A DNA stretch of 64,000 bases from an uncultured Pirellulales bacterium (GTDB taxonomy: Bacteria > Planctomycetota > Phycisphaerae > Sedimentisphaerales > Anaerobacaceae), in the NCBI GenBank assembly GCA_964495465.1, contig CAZBWE010000001.1, forward strand, positions 2,572-66,571, written 5' to 3'. Positions 58,216-64,000 of this stretch are shown here, piece after piece. The position numbers and the translations under genes are program-made. Numbering within the stretch: the first letter of the stretch is position 1; every line of letters starts with the position of its first letter. Under the pieces are notes generated by a model. That model ran no database searches and was not told the origin of the DNA. It saw only the letters and a list, made by a program, of their open reading frames with translations.

Positions 58216-58865
58216 TATTCTTTGCAGCAGTTGTCATATTGTCGAATGTAGCGGTTGCAAATATCACCATTACCCCTGATATGGGTGCAAACTATACATA
58301 CCAGCGATGGGATTTTGACACGATTGTGACCATTTTGGCCAGTGGCTCCCCACCTATGGCCATTTTTTCGAATATTGCGCCTGAGACTGATCAGAATCCG
58401 TACGGCTCCCCATCAGCCACGGTTGTTACCTATGGGAGTGACGCTGGTTGGTACGACAATCGCAACGGTCAAGACGTCATGCGTGCGAGCGCCTATAAGC
58501 TGATGTCGGTAACTTTGACGATTCCAAACCTGCCGAACCCTGAATGGTTTAAGATAGTTCAAATTGAGGCTGCCTACCAAGGCGCAATGACGGACCCCAC
58601 CATCAGCGTGACGGGTGCTACGGGTACGGCTGAGAAAATCAGCGAAGTCTACGGCACAGACCAAGAGAGTTGGCCGGAAGTGACATCTACGTGGCACATC
58701 ATCCCACAACCCGAATCGGAGACTATTTTGCTTGTCTTCATGGGTGGAGCAAATGGCGTTGACCTAAACTATATTGAGGTTGCAACGGTTTGTATTGTTC
58801 CCGAGCCGGCGACGATTTGCCTGTTAGGGATAGGTGGACTGGCATTGCTGCGAAGGAAGCGCTGA
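58200..58865 (+). CDS. PEP-CTERM sorting-domain protein (mature part unrelated to the first)
   Basis: 221 aa. Signal peptide MKKLIIFFAAVVILSNVAVA. C-terminus VPEPATICLLGIGGLALLRRKR. Confidence 0.85.
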   Translation: MKKLIIFFAAVVILSNVAVANITITPDMGANYTYQRWDFDTIVTILASGSPPMAIFSNIAPETDQNPYGSPSATVVTYGSDAGWYDNRNGQDVMRASAYKLMSVTLTIPNLPNPEWFKIVQIEAAYQGAMTDPTISVTGATGTAEKISEVYGTDQESWPEVTSTWHIIPQPESETILLVFMGGANGVDLNYIEVATVCIVPEPATICLLGIGGLALLRRKR

Positions 58866-58909
58866 TTCGCATCAAAGGTATTGATTAACCAATGGTTTTG
58901 AGTTGATTC

Positions 58910-58942
58910 GAGGCCTATACTGATTAGTATGGTATAGGCCTC
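58910..58942. terminator. Stem-loop between convergent genes (candidate bidirectional terminator)
   Basis: GAGGCCTATAC (58910..58920) pairs with GTATAGGCCTC (58932..58942). It is homologous to the hairpin at 57652..57683. Confidence 0.5.
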
Positions 58943-58963
58943 GTTGTATTTAAGGTAATAACC

Positions 58964-60811
58964 TTACACGTTAGTATCTCTCTTGCGTGTTGACAGAAGG
59001 ATGAGATTTCTTATCGCCTCGGTGTCTCTGGCAGCCAGCCATCGCTTTTCAAAGTCTTTTTCCTGAGCAATCTGAGCTATAGCCATAAGTGCCCTGAGGT
59101 GATAATTTCTCTCGTCCGGACTACCTACCAGAAAGAACAGTACCCTGACAGGGTCCGGCGCGTGCGGGAAGTCAATACCTTCACGGGCACGAACAATTAG
59201 AACATCGAATTTATTCTCACCTTCAAGCACAATGTGCGGAATAGCAAAGCCCGGCTGGACCACTGTTCCGCCTTCAGCTTCGCGATGGAGGAATTTCTCG
59301 AAGAGCACATATTCATTTGTTTCCAATCTCTGGGCTAAAATGGCGGAGACCTGCCGGAAGATTTTATCAGCAGGTCTTTTACCCTCGATATCCAAGATAA
59401 CGCAATTTCTTATAAGGCGGTCGAACCTGTCTTCGATAATATCGTCGCGCTCGAACAGAATATCCCGCAGCTCTTTTTCGAGGGTGACGGTTTTTAGCTG
59501 CCTGTTAGTAACACGTTCGACGATGTGCATTGCCGCTGATGCCCTGCTGACCCGCTTGGAGACATAAAGCCAAAACCAGGCCACACTCAAAACGACAAAA
59601 CCGGCGGAAATAAGAAGCGGGACTTTTCCCATATCGATGATAAGAGCGCTATAAGCAACAACAGCAAAGACATGGAGATATGGATATAAGGGTGATTTGA
59701 ACTTCGGCCTATAACTTTGTATCCTGCTCTCGCGCATTGCAATGACACTTACATTGGTCAATATATAGAGAATTATCAAAAGGGTAGATGCGGTTTTCGC
59801 CAGCATTTCAATATCGAGGAAAATAATCGCCGTGACCATGAAGCCGGACGTTAGAACTATCGCAACGTCCGGTGTTTTGAATCGCTCGTTCACGCGAGCA
59901 AAAAAAGCCGGCAGCAGGCAGTCTCTACTCATAGCCATAGGTGAGCGTGAGGCTGCAAGTATCCCCGCATTTGCGGTAGTTACAAACGCTGCAATAGCAG
60001 CAATTGCCAGAATCACAAATCCGAACCCACCCATAAACTTGGCAGCAGCAGTTGATATAGGTGTGTAACTTGCAACCAGTTCAGCGTTGTCGACGACGCC
60101 AACCGTAACCGCAACTACAGCGATGTACAAAGTCGTCACAACAAACCAGGCCAGCAGCAATCCAAAAGGCAGATTTCTCGCAGGATTTTCCACTTCCTCA
60201 GCGACATTAACAACTTTGTTTAAACCTCCAAAGCTTACAAAAACCAGTCCTGTTGTGGCCAGCACTCCTAACCATCCTTTATCGAGAAAGCCCTCGAATC
60301 TGACAGGCCTGAGTGCTTTTAACCCCACAACTACAAAAGCAATGAGTATCAGCAACAGTATCGCCACAAGAATGACCTGAAACCTGCCCGTTTGTTTTAC
60401 ACTCAGTATGTTCAGCACAGTAAAACAAAGACAACACAAGACACCTATAGCTTTGAAATGATATTCATTAAGCTTAACTCCAAAAACAGTCTCTACCAAA
60501 AGGTCGACAAAAACTGCCATGCCAGCAACAGCAAAAGCGCTTTTCATCGCCAGAGAGAACCAGTCAGCCAGTCCGCTAAACAAACCCCCAATGGAACCGA
60601 GACTGCGTTCAACAAAAAAGTATGTCCCGCCGGCCCGTGGCATCGCCGTGGCCAGCTCTGCCTGGCTTAAGACACTGGGAACTATCAAAATCGCTGCAAA
60701 AAAATAGGATAAGATTACAGCGGGACCCGTTTTTGAATAAGCAATTGCAGGCAGAATAAACAAGCCCGAGCTTATCATAGCCCCAGCCGCTATAGAAAAC
60801 ACATCAAGCAA
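58964..60811 (-). CDS. APC-superfamily amino-acid/cation permease fused to a C-terminal PTS EIIA(Ntr/Fru)-type domain
   Basis: About 12 TM helices (GAMISSGLFILPA, TAMPRAGGTYFF). The cytoplasmic tail contains GFAIPHIVLEG...VLFFLVGSPDERNYHLRALMAIAQ. The ORF-track start is a TTG inside a conserved N-terminal motif, and the native start is probably upstream (see the finding at 60811..60928). Confidence 0.75.
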   Translation of the reverse strand: MLDVFSIAAGAMISSGLFILPAIAYSKTGPAVILSYFFAAILIVPSVLSQAELATAMPRAGGTYFFVERSLGSIGGLFSGLADWFSLAMKSAFAVAGMAVFVDLLVETVFGVKLNEYHFKAIGVLCCLCFTVLNILSVKQTGRFQVILVAILLLILIAFVVVGLKALRPVRFEGFLDKGWLGVLATTGLVFVSFGGLNKVVNVAEEVENPARNLPFGLLLAWFVVTTLYIAVVAVTVGVVDNAELVASYTPISTAAAKFMGGFGFVILAIAAIAAFVTTANAGILAASRSPMAMSRDCLLPAFFARVNERFKTPDVAIVLTSGFMVTAIIFLDIEMLAKTASTLLIILYILTNVSVIAMRESRIQSYRPKFKSPLYPYLHVFAVVAYSALIIDMGKVPLLISAGFVVLSVAWFWLYVSKRVSRASAAMHIVERVTNRQLKTVTLEKELRDILFERDDIIEDRFDRLIRNCVILDIEGKRPADKIFRQVSAILAQRLETNEYVLFEKFLHREAEGGTVVQPGFAIPHIVLEGENKFDVLIVRAREGIDFPHAPDPVRVLFFLVGSPDERNYHLRALMAIAQIAQEKDFEKRWLAARDTEAIRNLILLSTRKRDTNV

Positions 60812-60931
60812 ACCGAGTTGTTTCTTTAACGCTACTATCTTAAAACCTTCCGTGAGAACTTGGAATGTAACATTTAGAAATGCTTTTTCAAATAAACTCC
60901 ATCTTTCCTTTCTTAATTCTCCATTTTAACT

Positions 60932-61735
60932 TCAGAAAAGCAACGCCTTGCTGACTTCGCTCAAAAAAGCTGCAACTTCAGCAAGCATTTTATCTTTATT
61001 GCTCAAATTGTTCTCAATCAAACTCACTATTTTTGAACCGATTATAACGCCGTCCGCACCTGCCCGGACGATTGCCGCTGCGTGTTCGGGCTTGCTGATT
61101 CCAAAGCCCACACAAACCGGAACGCTTGTCAGCTTTTTCAGTTCGCCAATCAGTCCTTCGACCACATCAGATAACTTATCCCTGCTTCCTGTAACACCTA
61201 ACAACGAGACTGTATAAATAAAGCCGGTAGTCCTGGATGCAATGACTTTCATCCTTTCGGGTTCGGTATTTGGCGTAACTATAAAGACGGTGTCAAGACC
61301 CGCTGCAGCGGCAGCGGGCACTATTTCATCCGCATCATCGATACTTAAATCAGCGACCAGAACGCTGTTAACGCCGGCCTTGTGAAAATCGGCGAAGAAT
61401 TTTTCCGTTGGGTACTGGTAAACAAGATTGTAATACATCAAAAGGCCGATTGGGACATCCTTATAGTCTTTGACTTTCCGGATAAAATCACGGGCCTTTG
61501 CCACAGTCATACCGCTTCTCATTGCGCGGATGTCGGCTTTTTGGATAGTGGGGCCATCCGCTATCGGGTCAGAAAAGGGTATGCCTAATTCCAGAATATC
61601 GGCGCCGGCATCAATTGCAGCTTTTATAATATCGAGACTCGTATCAAAATCGGGGTCGCCGATCACGAAAAATGGTATCAAAGCAGCTTTCTTTTGTTTT
61701 GCTAACTCAGAAAAAACCTTGCTGTATGTTTTCAT
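60932..61735 (-). CDS. trpA: Tryptophan synthase alpha chain
   Basis: 267 aa. Contains ALIPFFVIGDPD, ILELGIPFSDPIADGPTIQ and GFGISKPEH. Confidence 0.9.
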   Translation of the reverse strand: MKTYSKVFSELAKQKKAALIPFFVIGDPDFDTSLDIIKAAIDAGADILELGIPFSDPIADGPTIQKADIRAMRSGMTVAKARDFIRKVKDYKDVPIGLLMYYNLVYQYPTEKFFADFHKAGVNSVLVADLSIDDADEIVPAAAAAGLDTVFIVTPNTEPERMKVIASRTTGFIYTVSLLGVTGSRDKLSDVVEGLIGELKKLTSVPVCVGFGISKPEHAAAIVRAGADGVIIGSKIVSLIENNLSNKDKMLAEVAAFLSEVSKALLF

Positions 61736-61754
61736 CCGTCAAATACCTTAAACA

Positions 61755-62936
61755 TTAATCGTTTTTTAGTGGCCTGCGTTTCTCCACGATTGAAACGTCC
61801 TTATCGCCCCTACCGGAGAGATTTACAACCGCGACGGTTTCGGCATCCAATTTATTCTTTTGGCTCATCAAATAGGCCAAGGCGTGTGCACTCTCCAGGG
61901 CGGGCAAAATACCCTCGGTTTTGCTTAAAAGCTCGAAGGCATCGAGAACCTGCTCATCTTCAGCAGCAACGTATTCAGCTCTGCCAGTATCTTTTAGTAC
62001 ACAATGCTCCGGCCCGACAGCAGGATAATCCAGGCCTGCGCTTACAGACTCTGTATCATAGACCTGGCCTTCGCCATCCTGCAGCAGATATGCCTTTGCA
62101 CCATGAAGGATGCCGACCCTGCCAGCCACGAGTGTAGCTGCGTGTTTTCCGCTGGCCAAGCTCCTGCCGCCTGCTTCGACCCCTATCAGCTTAACATCTC
62201 TATCGTCATAGAAGGCGGAGAATATGCCAATAGCATTGCTACCACCGCCGACACAGGCAACGACCATATCCGGTAATTTCCCGATTTGGTCAAGACACTG
62301 CTGCCTGGTCTCGATGCCGATGCAGGTCTGAAAATGTTTTACAATCGTAGGATACGGATGCGGCCCACAGGCAGAACCGAAAAGATAAAATGTATCGGTA
62401 ACGTGAGCAGTCCAATAGCGAAGGGCATCGTTAATTGCGTCTTTGAGTGTTCCCGTCCCGCCTTCGACAGGGATGACCTCTGCGCCGCACAATTTCATTT
62501 TATGGACATTGACACTCTGTCGTTCGATATCAGTTACACCCATAAAGATTTTCGTCTCCATCCCCAAAAAAGCCCCTATCATTGCTGTAGCCAGGCCGTG
62601 CTGGCCGGCACCGGTCTCGGCGATGAGCTTGGTCTTGCCCATATATTTGGCCAACAGGCCTTGTCCGAGCGTGTTGTTGCCCTTGTGTGCTCCGCCATGC
62701 AGAAGGTCTTCGCGTTTTAGGTAAACTTTGAAACCGACATATTCGCTGAACCTTCTCGCACAGTAGAGGGGGGTGGGTCTGCCGTTGTAATCTCTGGAAA
62801 GCTGCGCCAGCTCAGCCACAAACTGCTTATCTTCGTAAAAACGATAAAACGCCTCTTCCAATTCCTCCAAAACCGGTATCAAGACTTCCGGCACATAGAA
62901 GCCGCCATAGTCTCCGAATCTGCCTTTATATTTCAT
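61755..62936 (-). CDS. trpB: Tryptophan synthase beta chain
   Basis: 393 aa. Contains [37 protein letters not shown] and GGGSNAIG. Confidence 0.9.
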   Translation of the reverse strand: MKYKGRFGDYGGFYVPEVLIPVLEELEEAFYRFYEDKQFVAELAQLSRDYNGRPTPLYCARRFSEYVGFKVYLKREDLLHGGAHKGNNTLGQGLLAKYMGKTKLIAETGAGQHGLATAMIGAFLGMETKIFMGVTDIERQSVNVHKMKLCGAEVIPVEGGTGTLKDAINDALRYWTAHVTDTFYLFGSACGPHPYPTIVKHFQTCIGIETRQQCLDQIGKLPDMVVACVGGGSNAIGIFSAFYDDRDVKLIGVEAGGRSLASGKHAATLVAGRVGILHGAKAYLLQDGEGQVYDTESVSAGLDYPAVGPEHCVLKDTGRAEYVAAEDEQVLDAFELLSKTEGILPALESAHALAYLMSQKNKLDAETVAVVNLSGRGDKDVSIVEKRRPLKND

Positions 62937-62947
62937 AGTAAATTTAC

Positions 62948-63592
62948 CTACCCTCTTAAGTGCTCAATATTCTCAAATAGTTTTTTCATTTTTTTATGGT
63001 CTTTTTTACCCGGCTCGGCTTCGACACCGCTGCAAACATCAATTCCATAAACACCCAGCTTAACTGCCTCAGCGGCGTTGTCGGGATTTATGCCGCCTGC
63101 TAAAAAAATCCGTTTCCCGATATGCCCAACGATATTCCAGTCAAAGGTCAGTCCCGTGCCGCCGTATTTTTCAGGATGAAAAGCATCCAGTAAAATAGCA
63201 TCAGTAAAGTAATTCTCTGCGAGCCGAATATCGTTTTGACTCTTCACCCGCAGCGCTTTCATAGTTCGGACGTTAAGCGAAAGAAACATCCGGCAGAACT
63301 TCGGGCTTTCATCTCCGTGCAACTGCACCCAGTTCAACCGGCAGTGTTTTATCGTTTCATTGATTTTACCAAATGATTCATTTTCGTCGCTGCCCGCCTC
63401 ATGCACAAACACACCGGCAACATCCATAAAACCGGGCAGTTTGGCTATTATCTCTGCGGCCTTATCAGGCGTTATAAATCTCGGGCTTTTCTGATAAAAA
63501 TTAAATCCCAGTAAATCAGCACCCATATCAACCGCGGCAGAAGCATCTTCATAATTGGTAATGCCACAAATTTTGACCTTAACTATCAACAT
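62948..63592 (-). CDS. trpF: Phosphoribosylanthranilate isomerase
   Basis: 214 aa. Contains [32 protein letters not shown] and GIDVCSGVE. Confidence 0.85.
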   Translation of the reverse strand: MLIVKVKICGITNYEDASAAVDMGADLLGFNFYQKSPRFITPDKAAEIIAKLPGFMDVAGVFVHEAGSDENESFGKINETIKHCRLNWVQLHGDESPKFCRMFLSLNVRTMKALRVKSQNDIRLAENYFTDAILLDAFHPEKYGGTGLTFDWNIVGHIGKRIFLAGGINPDNAAEAVKLGVYGIDVCSGVEAEPGKKDHKKMKKLFENIEHLRG

Positions 63593-63641
63593 AAATCGTC
63601 CCTCGTTTCCCGTCTCTCGTGACTCGTAGTTTGCCTTTCAA

Positions 63642-64000
63642 TTACACTTTATTTGATACTTCGATTAATTTTTCCAGGCAAGTCGATGCTTTGCCGTTAT
63701 TGACGGAGTTCTCGGCCAGTTTAATTGCAGTTCTGAAATTATCTGCCAAGCCCGCAACAATGATTGCCGCCGAAGCGTTCAGAATAACAATATCCTTGCG
63801 AGGGCCTTTTTCTTTACGATTCAAAATATCACGAATTATACCGGCGTTTGTTATTGCATCACCGGTTTTAAGTTCATCTATCGAAGCGCCAGAAATGCCA
63901 AAATCAGCAGGGTCCAGTTCCATCGAGCTGATTTTGTCGTTTATAAGCTGTCGAATCTGAGTTTTGCCCAAAATACTTATCTCATCCATACCCTGGCCGT
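63642..64000 (-). CDS. trpD: Anthranilate phosphoribosyltransferase, C-terminal part (the 5' end lies outside the window)
   Basis: The frame stays open to the window edge (..GQGMDEISILGKT). Contains GMDEIS, LNASAAIIVAG and the C-terminal helix. Confidence 0.75.
   Translation of the reverse strand, partial: GQGMDEISILGKTQIRQLINDKISSMELDPADFGISGASIDELKTGDAITNAGIIRDILNRKEKGPRKDIVILNASAAIIVAGLADNFRTAIKLAENSVNNGKASTCLEKLIEVSNKV

Noticed and set aside
62948-64000. trpD followed directly by trpF, with no trpC
   Set aside because: The order and fusion state of trp genes vary widely. trpC may lie upstream of the window, so this is not evidence of anything unusual.
1-64000. Search for CRISPR arrays, tRNA/rRNA/tmRNA genes, toxin-antitoxin pairs or recognisable defence genes
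   Set aside because: I saw no regularly spaced direct repeats, no cloverleaf-capable conserved tRNA boxes in the spacers over 100 bp, and no small gene pairs or nuclease, methylase or helicase signatures. This was a check by eye only; tRNAscan-SE, Infernal and DefenseFinder would be definitive.

Overview
64-kb chromosomal window, moderately AT-rich and densely coding. I found no rRNA, tRNA or CRISPR array. The gene content points to the PVC superphylum (Planctomycetota/Phycisphaerae-like, or Kiritimatiellota/Lentisphaerota-like). That is an inference from PEP-CTERM proteins, three ECF sigma/anti-sigma modules, a pseudopilin operon, a giant SecDF fusion and a TPR-alphaCTD protein. Layout, left to right: class II ribonucleotide reductase (partial) and an EamA transporter. 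Then a minus-strand type IV pilus/type II secretion-like operon (short GspE-type ATPase, orphan secreted protein, two GspF-type platform paralogues, three pseudopilins, PilT). Then a divergent ECF sigma plus zinc anti-sigma, and a PilB-type ATPase followed by a non-canonical Hsp70 module (membrane-anchored GrpE-like protein, lidless Hsp70, TerB plus J-like protein) facing an FHA-GAF protein. Next come C1 metabolism (folD, fhs), an IS701/IS4-like insertion sequence, and heme genes (cobA-hemD fusion, hemC, hemA, ccmF, di-heme peroxidase). Then two more ECF modules, TPR-alphaCTD, SpoIID, tgt-yajC-secDF, pgl, a tetR-OMF-MFP-RND-small protein efflux operon and a 1033-aa beta-helix surface protein. 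Two PEP-CTERM genes follow, preceded by a 209-nt, 100% identical promoter-plus-leader repeat. The window ends with an APC permease-EIIA fusion whose 5' end appears frameshifted, and trpD(partial)-trpF-trpB-trpA. Best candidates for new biology: (1) the Hsp70/GrpE-like/TerB-J-like module linked to pilus ATPases; (2) the perfectly conserved leader in front of unrelated PEP-CTERM cassettes; (3) the atypical pilus-like operon with two platform paralogues. All calls come from reading the sequence and the ORF track and from recognising motifs by eye. No database search was run, and start codons are often uncertain.
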